The position numbers were made by a program, and so were the translations under genes. The notes under the pieces are model-generated. The model saw only the letters and a list, made by a program, of their open reading frames with translations. It ran no database searches and was not told where the DNA came from. Below, piece by piece: positions 36,788-49,800 of a stretch of 64,000 bases of DNA (position 1 is the stretch's first letter; every line of letters starts with the position of its first letter). Source of the DNA: Mobula hypostoma (taxonomy: Eukaryota); assembly GCF_963921235.1 (NCBI RefSeq), contig NC_086109.1, positions 21,206,001 through 21,270,000 on the forward strand, read 5' to 3'.

Positions 36788-37699
36788 GATCAGATCAGTT
36801 AATACTCTTATTGGAATGGTGAAACAGATTTTAGAGGCTGTGTGGCCAACACTTAATCTTATGCTCTTACTGTGTTATGACCAGAACAGTTGTTTGTTAA
36901 GAGCTAACTATTGGCCAGTTCAGTGCTGGGAACTCTGTGTTATTGTTTAAAATAACACTGTGGAGCATTTTACATAAGGCTGAAAGGCTTTGAAGGAAGA
37001 AGTGTCAGAGATTAGGACTAAAGTATTTGAAGGCACAATGGGTGTTGGTGTGGTGTTGAAAGCTGAGAAGCCAGCATTAGAAGATGGTGGAACATTGTAG
37101 GGAAAGAGAAGATTACGGAGATTTGAAAGGTGAGGCATTTGAAAACAAGGATGAATGCTGTATTTTAATGTAATGTAGGTTTGGAAGGTACAAGATACTT
37201 CTTGGCTGCTGAAAGATATTCAGATTCTTAGTCAATCACAAGTTAACTGTGCTGCTGTAACAGCAAGGCATTGATCCAAATCATATTGCCCTATGGGGCA
37301 TGGACTAGGCTTGGTCTAATAATCACTTACACTAAATATGGAGTCATTACACTGGTATCTGTTGTTACTGCTTTTGGCAGCCTAGCTTCTCATGCATCTG
37401 CGCCACAGGCCTTAATTTGCAGTTCCAATGCAAAACTGTTCAAAATAAATGGCACAAAGCTTGTTTTCATCGAGGCCTCAGAGGAATGTCACACCACGGT
37501 ATCTGTCTGCTGTGGTGTGTTTTCCAAACAGTATGCTTGAGGAGATAATTCAGTTACAAAGTGTTCACAATTCAAATTGAGGTGGAGATTAAATAAAACG
37601 GTTATGGTGACACCCCAGAGTGAAAATCTTCCTGGGGACCAAGCCAATATTTATCCCTCAATCGATGTTACTAAAATATATATATATATATATATATTT

Positions 37700-38535
37700 A
37701 ACATCGACTGTACCTCTTCCTAGAGATGCTGCTTGGCCTGCTGCATTCACCAGCAACTTTGATGTGTGTTGCTTGAATTTCCAGCATCTGCAGAATTCCT
37801 CGTGTTTGCGTTTTATATTTATGTATATATATTTGGAGAAATGAGGAGCTGCTTCCATTGCCAAATGACAGGGAATGCAGGTTCTATGTGGTGGGTTAAA
37901 GACCCAGGAGAAGAGAAACATGCACAAAATGATGGAGGAACTTGGCAAGTCAGGTAGTATCTATAGAAGGGAATACAGTGTCAAAATTTCAGACCCTAAT
38001 GAAGGGCCTTGGCTTGAAATGTTGAGTTTATTCCCCTCCATAGATGCTACCTGAGCTGCTGAGTTCCTCCAGCATGTTGTGTGTGTTGCTCTGGATTTCC
38101 GCATCGTGTTTATGTTTTACACAAGTGCAGTGGGTGTACTGTCTGCAAGGGTGGGCAAGCCAAAACCTCTCGGTTTGTGGGGGAACAGTGCAGGGCACTT
38201 ATGGGGCTTTGGGAAGGAGCAAGATGATGAAATGGAATAGAATTCTCCACAAGGAGCCAGAAGAGATTTGATGGGTCAAACCTGCTCCACTCTGGCGTGG
38301 TATTCTACGGAGACACAAAAGTTTGCAGATGTGGGAGTGTAGAGCAACATACAATCTTCTAGAGGAACTCAGTCAGCTGAACAGCCTCTGTGGGAGGAAA
38401 GGAACTGTCAACGTTCTGGGCTGTATCCCTGCATCAGGACAAAGCCCTGATACAGATTTTCAAACTGAACTGACAACAGTTCCTCACCTCCTTCCCATGG
38501 ATGCCTCTGAACATGTTGAGATTCGCCGGCAGATT
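37700..38535. mobile_element. Three further PLE-pLTR-derived short elements (~37700-37810, ~37915-38115, ~38310-38535)
   Basis: Same gatgctgc..ctgctgagttcctccagca motif, decayed hammerhead cores, fold-back arms. Confidence 0.7.
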
Positions 38536-38661
38536 ATCTCTGTCTATTCTATGACCCGACGGTCATAGTGCCTTTCTCTTTGGTTGCTGTGCAGAGACTG
38601 GCCGCTATATTTCCAATAAATTTTGTACAAAATAATACAAATCACTTTGGAGTGGTTCATT

Positions 38662-39228
38662 AAGGTTGTTATAGCTGGAGGAAGTAGTGGGGATGAGCTC
38701 TCACTACCTATTAAATGCTCCCAATGGCGTGCATCTCCAAAAGACTCTGACAGCAAATCCAGCTCTTGGCCTTACGTGTGGCTTAGCTACTAGGCCCAAT
38801 GGAGCTATTTCTACTGACAGGAGAAGGGGAAAAGGCGGGGGGGTTACTGGTGCCTTAAAACCAGTCGCTTCGGGCAGATGATGCTCCTCAGTCGTGGTTG
38901 GCCACTCACCTAGGAGAAGGAAAACTCTGATCTCAACCTTCGCTGACTTGCAGTTATACCCACTGATGGGGAAGGCTTTGGGATTAAGCCTTGAGGAAAA
39001 ACGCAGAGCCTGGAGTCGCTAAGGTTCCACGCTTGAGTTCAGTGCTGACTGGTAGCTCCTGCAACGTCGCTGGTGTCAATATGTATCGGTCTCTGCCGTT
39101 CCTTTGGGTACATCAGGTGCGTGGAGAGGAGGAGCCTGCTATATAGGCAACAGCTGGCTCTCCATATCATGTAGACAGTTAGGATGCAACACCCATGGTC
39201 ATTCCCGAGTAAAGGAGGCTCTCACTTC
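38662..39228 (+). mobile_element. Second copy of RTE-type family B
   Basis: Colinear with 30342-30935 (tttctactgacaggagaagggg, ggtgccttaaaaccagt, ggaaaactctgat). Confidence 0.7.
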
Positions 39229-39486
39229 TGAATATCCTGAAATCACGGTCATGCTAATGTAATCTCTTGTACTTGGTTTTGCCAGTAATGTCATCACTAG
39301 ACTGTCAGTTACAAAACATATTGCAAATACATTGGTCTAAAGTTGTGAGTCCAATGGATGACTTAGATACTTTAGTTGCAACAATAGGGCACTTTAGAGA
39401 ATAAATACAGCAGCAATCTGTGAGTTTTCAACTCACTCTCTTTCCATTATGACTCCTGAATAGACCTGATCTATCCAATTGTGCAT

Positions 39487-39800
39487 CACACACAAAATGC
39501 CAGAGGAACTCAACAAGTCATGCAGCAACTATGGGGGGGAATAAACAGTCGATGTTTCAGGCCAAGACCCTTTGTCAGGACTGGAAAGGAAAGGGGAGGA
39601 GCTAGAATAAGATTCTAGGGTGGGGGGGGAGGACGAGGATTACAATCTGGCAGGTGATAGGTGAGGGGGAAGATGGATGTGTGGGGAAGGGGGAATGAAG
39701 TGAGAAGCTGGGTTGTGGTAGCTGGAAGAGGTAAAGGGTTGAAGAAGAGGTAATCTAATAGGAGAGGACAGTGGACCATGGAAGAAGGGAAGGAGGAGTG
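39487..39800 (-). mobile_element. PLE pLTR fragment with degenerate hammerhead
   Basis: Reverse complement cagtc-CTGACAA-agggtcttggcct-GAAA-C-ATC-gactg, followed by the purine-rich tract seen at 1040-1300. Confidence 0.7.
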
Positions 39801-40570
39801 TAATCAGGTTTATTTTACCAACCGTGTGATGTTCTTGACAAACCGCATATTACTGGATTTTAGAGTTCTTATTCCCTTCTTGGCCTTCACCCATCTTCCG
39901 AAACATCTTCCATCCTATAACCTGACATCTCTCTGAACCTCCAATTTGGCCCTCTTGCAAATCTCCAATCTGCTTTGTTGCACTTTTGGTGCTTTCATCT
40001 GCCACTTGCACTAGCTTTGGAAATCTATCCAAAACTTCTTTGCCTGTCTGCTTTCTCTCTTCCTTTAAGGTGTTCCTTAAGGCTAATATCCCTTCATTTA
40101 CCCTGACACCTCCTCATCTAGTTAGGTGTCAAATAGTGTTTGATAATGGATTGCAATAGCATTTTACTGTATTCATGATGTTTTAAAAATGTAGGTTGCA
40201 TGACATCATTTAATCAATATAAAGGATATGCTGAGGGAATTGTAAATTAACAAATGCCTACACTTTGTACTAATGGCGTTGGTCTAAGCAATTATTAATC
40301 CTCCCCTTGATTAAACATTAGTATCTGATTGGGTCGAAGTGCACTACTTCACTTCAATTAGATTACTCAAGCTTGATTAAAGCAAAAGGAAGCCAGGTTC
40401 AGGATCTAAACTTGCCTCTGAATATCTGTTCCAGGCATTGATGTTATCTTCAGATTGCTGATGACCCCACAAAGCATCTTGATGACATTTTTCATTGATA
40501 AGATACATTACTCTGCAAAATAAATCGTCAATCAAATCCCAGTTAGTAATTAAACAAAAATCAGGTATTG

Positions 40571-40706
40571 AAAATGGATCCAGTTCTTTCCCGGTGTACA
40601 TGACGGATAAGCTCTTCTCAGGCTTCCAGCCAGGTACAGGTATCAGTTATAACCGACGTTTCAATGACAAACTCTGCCATCTTCTTCAGAGACAATGCCT
40701 GAAATC
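40571..40706 (-). mobile_element. 136-bp solo PLE family-2 pLTR insertion
   Basis: Matches ~33630-33745; perfect 12-bp TSD aatcaggtattg (40559-40570, 40707-40718). Confidence 0.8.
40651..40695 (-). ncRNA. Hammerhead motif, long stem II type (intact core)
   Basis: CTGAAGA-a-gatggca-gagtt-tgtcatt-GAAA-C-GTC; stem I is weak. Confidence 0.65.
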
Positions 40707-42977
40707 AATCAGGTATTGTTTCGGATTTGAGAGCCTGCATTTGATGTTTTTTGATTAACTTTCTCAGTATATATCAACAATTCCTGTGAGAAAGTCAGTC
40801 CACCCTTGAACCATACACACTCTGCCAGAACTATTTAACAATAGAAAGCATTGAGATAGTAAGCACGATGTCAGATTTTTATACTATCATTATTCCACTC
40901 ACACATATCCGTTTCTTGATAGTGTTGATTCTCCGTGGCATAATTATACATATTCAGTGCTCTCCGCCAGGTGATAAGTTTCAAGATTTACTGGGGTGTA
41001 TGGGACACACTAAAGTTTATGAGAGATTCCAATGTAAAAATACGATTGTGTGAGTGAGGTTGGGTAGTGAGAGCTGCAACTATGTGCGTGTGTGACTCAG
41101 TAAAGTGTGTGTGCATGTTTGATTTGTGTGTGTAATTTAGTGATGTGATTCAGCAGTACAAGTGTGAATGAGATTTGGCTGTTCAAATGCACGCGATTCG
41201 GAAGTGCGCATGAATTCAGCTGGTTTAGATATTGTTGTATTGATGTAGAGGCAGAGTCATACAACACTACTGCACAGAGAGAGGCCCTTTGGTCCATCTA
41301 GTCCGTGTCAACCTGCTATTCTGGCTAGTCCCATTGACCCACACCTGGACCACAGAACTCCATACTCCTCCATTTATGTATTTATTCAAAATGATCTTGC
41401 AGTAGAATCTGCATCCATCACTTCCACTGGCAGCTTTATCTTCACTTTGAGTGAAATTCCCTCTCAAGTGCTCCTCAAGTATTTCACCTTTCACCCTTGA
41501 TCCATGAACTCTAGTTCTAGTCTCACCCAACCTCTGTGGAAAAAGCCTGCTGGCATTTACCCCTCATAACTTTATAAAAGATTTTTAAAGACAAGATAGT
41601 TAGAAAGCTTGAGAGTGGTGAGAATGTAGAACTCATTTTTCACAGGGAGTGGTTGAAGAGAATAGAACAGGGAACAGGGAATAGGATCTATTGTAAAACT
41701 GGGCTTGAAACAATAGAAGAGGCTTGAGTCCGTCATAAATGCTATCATGGATTGGTTGGACAGAATGGTCATGTTTTGTGCTGTAAAAGCATAATTCCAG
41801 AAAGATTTATGTAGAAATATGAACAGAATGGGTAGAGCACTTTGATAGTTTAGTAATGGAATTCTGACTGAATACTGAGCCAGTTAATAAATTATTCACA
41901 CAAACATGCCAATGTAATTGCTGGCATACGAGTGGTTATCTAATGGAATCAGACTAATTAGAGGAGAAGGTAGACACGAAGATGGGTAGATGAAAGGCCT
42001 AGATAGAGTGGACAAGGAGAGGATGTTTCCTGTAGTGGGAGATAATAGGAGCAGATGGCACAGCCTCAGAGTTCGAAGATATCAATTTAGAACAGAGATG
42101 AGTGTGAATTTCTTCAGCAAAAGGATGGTATTCATTGCCACAAATTGCTATGGAGGCAAGTTATTTAAAGCAGAGGTTGGGTGTCTCCTGTTAGCCAGTG
42201 AGCGGCAGTTCTGTGGGTGAAAACGCCATGTTAACGAGAGAGTCAGGGGAGAGTGGCCAGACTGCTTCAAGCTGACAGGAAGGTGACAGTAACTCAAATA
42301 GTTACAACAGTGGAGTGCTGAAGAGTATCTCTAACGCACAATGTGCAGAACCCTGAGGTGTATGGGCTACAGCAGCAGAAGACCATGAACATACAGTACA
42401 GGGGGCACCTAATAAAGTGGCCACTGAGAGACGTGATGGGTGTAAGGTATAGTTTGAGCTATGAAGATAGATTAAAACGAAGAGCATGGCTTTATTCCTG
42501 CTCCAGTTGAAACATTTCACACTCACTGAATTCAGGATTTGTCTACAAAAATCACAGTTAATAAAAGTGCTATAAGATAGTCTGTCAGTAAGAAATTCTA
42601 CATGAAAATATCATTTCTTAGGCTGGATGTGTTCTGTGGGTGTCAGAGCGAAGATTGAACACATTTGAATGTTGCAGTAAAGGAAAGCAATCAGTTTTTT
42701 TTTGTTCTGTATGAACGCCACACATAAAATATTAAGAGTGAAGAGGGTGTTTACTGAGGGATACAAGCATGGTTTGAATTCCTCGCACAAGAGCATCTGG
42801 AGGTTAATATAATGTTATTAGCATAACCTTAATGAGAATAAAGTCAAACAACTTTTATTAAATGAATGCTAACTGGGAACACGTATAAATTAACACACAC
42901 AGCATTGCTGCCAAACGACAGCCTGCTATGCCTCAGCTCAAAATGGCTCTGAAATTTAGGAATAATGCATAGAGTCA

Positions 42978-43256
42978 GGGGTGGCACCATAGTGTAGTGG
43001 TTAGCACATTGCTTTACAGTATAGGTGACACAGGTTCAATTCCCACCGCTGCCTTTAAGGAGTTTGTACGTTCATCCCGCGACTGTGTGGGTTTCCTCCA
43101 TAGTCCAATGACATGCCGATTGGTAAGTTAATTGGTCATTGTAAATTGTCCCATGGTTAGGCTTCTGATAAATTGGGGGATTGCTGAGTGGCATGGCTTG
43201 AAAGGCCAGAAGGGCCTACTCCGTGCTGAATCCCAATCAATCAATAACTAACTAAC
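42978..43256 (+). mobile_element. tRNA-derived HE1/V-type SINE
   Basis: Pol III A box tagtgtagtgg (42990-43000), B box ggttcaattcc (43033-43043), ggagtttgtacgttc..gtgggtttcctcc core, short tandem tail. Related copies at ~26455-26770, ~36130-36430, ~46225-46500 (-), ~62380-62645 (-). Confidence 0.8.
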
Positions 43257-43909
43257 TCCCAACTGTTTTCCATATTCATAAAGCCATCCCTTGATACTTA
43301 AGTGAGCAAAGATTGATTAGCCTCACTAAAGTCTTTTAGAATCATTCTTTCCACCTCCAAGTAATATAATTTGTATCCCAGAAGGGTTTAACACATTTCT
43401 TCAAACAGTCCCCCCTAAACTTCCCACCATTTTCTTCCAATTGACCTTCCCACTCAGAGGGTGTTCCATGGTGTACCATGTCTGGAAATCTTCTTTAAAG
43501 CAACAAACTGCATTCTTATAGAACCGTTAAAAGTTCCAAAATATTTTACAGAAGGTTTGCCTTTAGTAACCAGGGCACCAATGCTTAAATGCTCTTTTAC
43601 CAGGATCAATTTGCCTCCAGATCTCATTACAATCGTGGTGCAAACAGAGGGGATACGAGGGGATTGCTACTGTCATTGTGGCAGTGTTTGAATGAGTATC
43701 AGTAAAACTGAACCAAAGGAAAATGGCTTTGCTTGTTTGGAGGGCAATCACTTTAGTCCCAAGACATCACTGTGGAATCTCCCTGAGGCAGGGCCCTTGG
43801 CCCAATTAGCTTCTGCAACTTTATTCTTAATGTTTATAATGCCATTTGTAACTATAAAATAATGAAGTCATAATCTCAAAGAGTTTAACCATATCGAGCA
43901 AATCTACAA

Positions 43910-44345
43910 GGAGAACTGCCCCAAGAAAGCAGCATCGATTATCAAAGACCCCCACCATCCAGGCCATGCCCTCTTCTAGTTGCTGCTCTTGGGAAGGAGG
44001 TACAGGAGCCTTTGGTCCCTCATCACCAGGATCAGGAACAGTTAATACCCTTCAGCCATCAAGCTCCTGAACCAGTGTGGATAACTTCACTCACCTCAAC
44101 AACGAACTAATCACCAAACACAACTACGGATTCCCTTTCACACTCTCTACAACTCATGTTCTCAGTATTATTTATTTATTGTTTCTATATGTATTTGCAC
44201 AGTTTGTCTTTTGCACATTTGTTGCTGGTCAGTCTTTGTGCGTAGTTTTTCCATTGATTTTATTGTATTTCTTTGTTCTGTGAATGCCTGCAATAAAATG
44301 AATCTCAGAGTAATATATGGTGACATGCACATATGTACTTTGAAT
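43910..44345 (+). mobile_element. Rex1-like LINE 3' end (similar pieces at ~21070-21340, ~27170-27525, ~62305-62840)
   Basis: KKAASIIKDPHHPGHALF-type coding end and a shared 3'UTR (tgtgaatgcctgcaa..gtatatggtgaca). Confidence 0.7.
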
Positions 44346-44521
44346 CTTGATATTCAGACGTAGATCTGATAATTAACAAACTATATTTTCACCTGAGAAT
44401 ATGACCAGCTCCACCCAGCCATACAAAGGCATTAACACTAGGGCACAAATCCACTCCTGTAAACATTCTGAGGTCATTATTGACCGGGAATGTAACCATA
44501 GCCACAACGATAGATCAAAGA

Positions 44522-44643
44522 AGAGTCTCAGCCTGAAATGTCGACTGTTTACTCTTTTCCATAGATGCTGCCTGGCCTGCTGAGTTCCTCCAGTATTTCA
44601 TGTGTGTTACTTCGGGTTTCCAGCATCTGCAGATTTTCTTGTG
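44522..44643 (+). mobile_element. PLE-derived mini-element truncated within the hammerhead
   Basis: ..gtctcagcctGAAATGTCgactgt.. plus tail; 7-bp direct repeat tcaaaga (44515-44521, 44644-44650). Confidence 0.7.
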
Positions 44644-46807
44644 TCAAAGATTAGACATTTTGTGGAGCGTGGCTTAATTTCTAACTTTCCCAAAGTCTTT
44701 CCTCCATTTAAAAAGTATCTGTTAGGAGTATAATGGAATGCTCTCCACTTACCTGGATGAGTACATTATCAACAACACCAAAGCAACTCTACAGTTCTGG
44801 CAAAGCATTTTTCATGCTTGGCCACCACAGGAACCATCTGAAATACCCCTTCATCCCCGAGCAGTTTATTTATTCTTATATTTATTTACCTGAAAGTGCA
44901 GTTCAGTGTAATTTTGTAAGGTGTAAAAAAAAGAGGGCTTCACAATCAATACGAATGAATTAAATCAACAATGTTTGCATTACAGTTGCACTGGTTGGAG
45001 ATTTAAGTTACTTTCACCTTTCTTTTAAGCAGTATGGCAGGAGGCACACTGAAATGCTATTATCTTAAATGCCATTTAAATCTAAGTCAAAGTAAAGCAT
45101 TAAACTTTCACTGTTATTTGATCAAAATCCCAGAATTCTCTACCCAATAGTTCTGTGACCAGAAACCACAACGGTTCAAGAGGAGAATTTACCCTTACCT
45201 TCTCGTGGTCAATTAATGATTACTGCTTCTCCAGAAGTACCACAAGCCAGAGGAAAAAAAAACACTAAAGCTTTTCAAAGAACCACATTGGGAAATACTA
45301 CCACAGGTTTGATTGAAGAGGTATGTTTTAAGGTGGAGAAGGAATGTGAGAAGAATTATGGGTAGAATTCCACAGCTTAAGGCTTTGCCAGCAAAATTCA
45401 GGCCTACTAACTAAGGAACAATGAACTCCAGGATGTTAAAGAGGCCAGAATGGGGAAGTACAAAGATTTTACAAGGTGAACATGAAAATGGAGAATTTTG
45501 AATTTTATATTTTACTCTTTCCAAAATGAGTAAATAAGGTCAATTAAACTCAACTACCTTATTATTCTTTTAAAACTGTAGGTCCTGCAGATACGCAGTG
45601 GAGTTTGAACAGAGAGTAAAACTGGGAGTAAAACAGATTATTGAGCATGAGTTAATGTTTTCAGAACAGTTATACATTTGAGTGAAATGTATTTTTGATT
45701 GGGATAATGTCCAGGTTTGTGACAAATTTTAATAATGTGTAAATGATGAATTGCTTTAAAAGTTCCTACTTGTTAAATTGCCAGGCTGATGCAATTTGAA
45801 TAAACTCACAGCATAATAAACAATACAATTGGGAAACTTGGGTTGTCGTAAGAGGCGACCTGATGGGAATTGAAAAATAAATATACTTTCCTCACGCTCA
45901 GATGAAAGACTGAGAATTTATGTGACTATAAATCTAATTAGGCAACTGTGAGAATTATTAATATTCCAACATCTGTACAATGCTTCCATCCATGAGGAAT
46001 AATTTAATTTTGTTGAATTTAACAAAATGCATGAGTGGAATACAGTAGCCAAACTGCACAAACCACTTGGAGTGCTGGCAGATTAATACATGAGGATTGA
46101 AAGGGAATTTCCACTCTACCTCATCAGGAGCATCCCAAGAATGGATGTTGCAATTTCCATCTTCCAGTTCCATGTTTGTGAATCAGGAATTTATTAATTA
46201 TGGTTCTACATCTTTGCTGAATTGTTTTATTTATTTATTGAGATACAGCACAGAATAGGCCCTTCCCTTCGAGCCGCACCACCCAATAAATTTAAACCTA
46301 GCCTAATCATAGGACAACTTACAATGATCTACCAGACCTACCAACTGCTACATCTTTGGACTGTGAGAGGAAACCAGAGCACCTGGTGGAAACCCCTGCG
46401 GTCACTGGGAGGACGTACAAACTCCTTACAGGCAGTGGTGGGAATGAACCCAAGGTGCTGGTGCTGTATAGCTTCGTGCTATCCACTAGGCCATCAAGCC
46501 CCCTGGTATCATTAACAGCCTATCTTTCTCTGGTGACTTATAGAAACATAGAAAACCTACAGCACAATACAGGCGCTTTGGCCCACAAAGCTGTGCCGAA
46601 GATGTCCTTACCTTAGAAATTATGCCAGAGCTTATTCCAGTCATTACTGAGAATACACCCCACTGCCGTAAATGTGCAATAAAATGGAATTAAGAATAAA
46701 TAACAAAAAAAAATCGACCAATGGCCTACAGCTCTGCTCTCCTAAGCCACGATGAGCCAAAGCCTCAACTCCTCACTCCAACAAAGGCCCACTCACACAA
46801 TGGTTGC

Positions 46808-49800
46808 TGTAGGTTTTTGCAAATAAAATAGCGGAGGCGTTTTATTAAAACCAGCATTGTGAGCCTGTCTGGAGCTTGGACAAGCCACTCGGCTCAGGTC
46901 CTATGTTCCAAGCGTGGTGGAACAGCAGGTGCCTCTGGCTCACCCAGAGATACGTTGACATGCTCATGGGCACATCATGAAGGCAGGGGCATGGTAGCTG
47001 AGTCTTCCAAATCTTTGTGAGCCTGTTTAAAGCAATCTACTGAAGTATGTTCAGGTCATCCCGTCCTATCCATGTGCAAGGGGTTTCTTCTTTTATGTTA
47101 CTGCGTAGGCTAATTAAAATGGCTTCTTTGTTATGTTATAATCGAAATGGCTTCTTTGTTAACTACTGAGAAAGTCCTCCCGCTAGCAGTTTGTTTGGAT
47201 TATATTATTGATAAGAGGGTGTTACGAACCAATTGGGATAGATGTTATTCTTTTTGTGTGTCTGTAAGCTATTGTGATGTGCGGGTTTTTGGGCAGAAGG
47301 AGCAAGAGAGAGAGAGAGAGAGATTGAGGATGGACAAGGTGCTGTGAGTCTGCTAACGGGGTTGGATCCCGATCAGGAGTCCAAGGTCCATGGTGTTCGG
47401 CGAGGAGAGGAGACGGAGACGGAGACGGACTCGTGTGGAGCCTCTGGTCGACCACTGTTGTTGGTCCCAGGTGGCAGGTTGAGATGGTCCAAGGGGATTG
47501 TAGGGTGAAGAAGGAGGGTCCCGAGCTCCAATTGTTTGTGCACGAAGAGATTGAACTTTGATAAGTGTGGCGGCTCTTATTTTCCTTTTATATGTTATCT
47601 CTATTAATTATATAGTTCCAGTAATATCTATAAACTGTAATTCATTTAATCATATCTGGTGTATTGTCTGTTATTCGGGCGGGGTGGGTACTTCACACAG
47701 CATCCACACAAACTAATTACCCAGTTTGGCGGGGCCAGGTTTTGTTTCCCTAGACGACAGCGAGCCGAGCGACCCTGAGGCTTGCCGGGGGGCTACACAT
47801 GATAAAATTTTTTTCTCCCTATTTCAAAACACGGAACGGGCCTCCATAAGGGAGCCTAAGGGGATGTTGGTGTGCATCAAGGTGGACAAAAATATATGAG
47901 GCAGAATGTAGGTCATCAGGAGTGAAAGAGTGCTGTAGGCCATGATGGGAGGTAGGAATTGGTCAAAAGGAATTGAATTTACTGAAGAGGGTGGAACGCT
48001 GTTGAGAGGCTGACGAGGTGGTCGTGGCACCAGGAATGAAATCACCTGGCACTCTGATATGCAGTGGTGTGATGCAGCCTAACACTGAAGTTCTGGGCCA
48101 TTGCAGCCCAGATGTTTGATATGAATTGTGGACTCCAGTCAGAAGAAATAACAAATGGGGTGCTAAACTGAGCAATCCAGGTACTGAAGAATGCCCAAGC
48201 CATGTCTGTGGCTGTCATCAGTGCTAGGGGGACAACCTCTGGCCGCTGGTGGTATGATTCACCACGGTAAGGAGTCGCGTGAAATCGCGTGAGGGGGGAA
48301 GAGGATCAACAAGGTCCACATTGACATGGTCAAACTGTTGCTCAGGGAGCTCAGAAGGCGCCAATGGTGCCTGAACATGACAGTTATTTTTTGCCTGGTG
48401 GCAGTCTACACAGGCTGCAGTCCAATCACGCCCGTCCTTTCGAAGGCCATGCCACACAAACTTTCGTGCAACCTGTTCTTGTGAGGCCTTCTGGCCCCGA
48501 TGCAAGAGGCCGTGTATGGAATCAAAAACAGTCTACCTCCAGTTTGCGGGCAGGATGAGGCAAGTGCGATTGGTTGAGGCATCTCACAGGAGAGAAACTT
48601 CAGCTTCCCTGAAGTTATTGTCAGCCAACCGCAGTCCCATGACTGCTGTTCAGTAAGCCTGGACCTCTGAGCCAGTAGCTTGGTTAGTTCCCATGCTGGC
48701 ATAGTCAACCCCTTTGTGTACGGCCTTAATGGCTGGCATGAGAGGCAATCAGCCATGGGATTATTTTTCCCCTTGATACGTTGTATATCAGTTCTGAAGT
48801 CTGATATGTAGGTCAGGCCATGCAGACCAAGATTATGATATTTTGACCATCGCATGCGCAAGGGGTTTGTGGTCAGCAAATGCTCTGAAGTGGCGACCCT
48901 CGAAAAGAAAACGAAAAAGGCAGACAGCCAGATAGAGACCGAGCAAGCTCATGGTCAAACGTGCTCTACTTGCTTTCGGGAGGATGGAGCTGATGGCTAA
49001 AAAAGGCAACCCGCCTCTGGCCAACTGTTCATTCACAGCATAGTCTGAAGCATCAGTAGTAATGGCTATGGGTGCTTTGGGGAATGAGTGTGCCAGTGGG
49101 GCTGCTTTAGTAAGAGCTCGTTTGGTATCAACATGTTGGCTGACCAGTCAAGCACTTGATTAAGGGTATTGCCTTTAAACGTGCTATACATGGGAAGCAT
49201 AAGTTCAGCAGCTCACAGAATGAAGCGGTGATAGAAATTCATCATGCTTAAAAACTTCTGTAGTTTTTTAGTAATACGGGGAGGTGGGAAATCCATAATT
49301 GTGGCTACTTTTGATGGGAGGGGTTTTCACAACTTCTGCGGAGATGCGATGGCCAAGAAAGTCAATGGTTGACAACCCAAACTGCCACTTAGCAGGGTTA
49401 ATAATTAACCCATGTTGGCTTAAGTGCTCGAAAAGTGTGCAGAGACGAGATGTGTGTTTGGATTTGGATGCACTGGCTAGTATGTCATCCAGGTATACAA
49501 AAAGAAAATCTAAGTCTTTTAATACAGAGTCCTTCAGCTCTTGGAAAGTCTGTGCTGCATTTTTCAGCCCAAACAGCATGTGCCGAAAATCAAAGAGGCC
49601 AAATGGGATCATCACAGCTGTTTTAGGAATGTCCTCCGAGCACACAGACACTTGATTTTAGCCCCTAACTAGATCGGTTTTGGACAAAATTGACTTCCCA
49701 GTTAAATGTGCTGCAAAGTCTTGGAAGTGTGGGACCGGGTAGCGATCAGGGATGGTGACCCCGGTAAGGCGTCAGTAATGGCCACATGGGTGGCAACCAC

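Noticed and set aside
42978..43050. tRNA gene
   Set aside because: A and B boxes run straight into a SINE body and tail and there is no intact cloverleaf; it is a SINE head. The same applies to 57255-57329.
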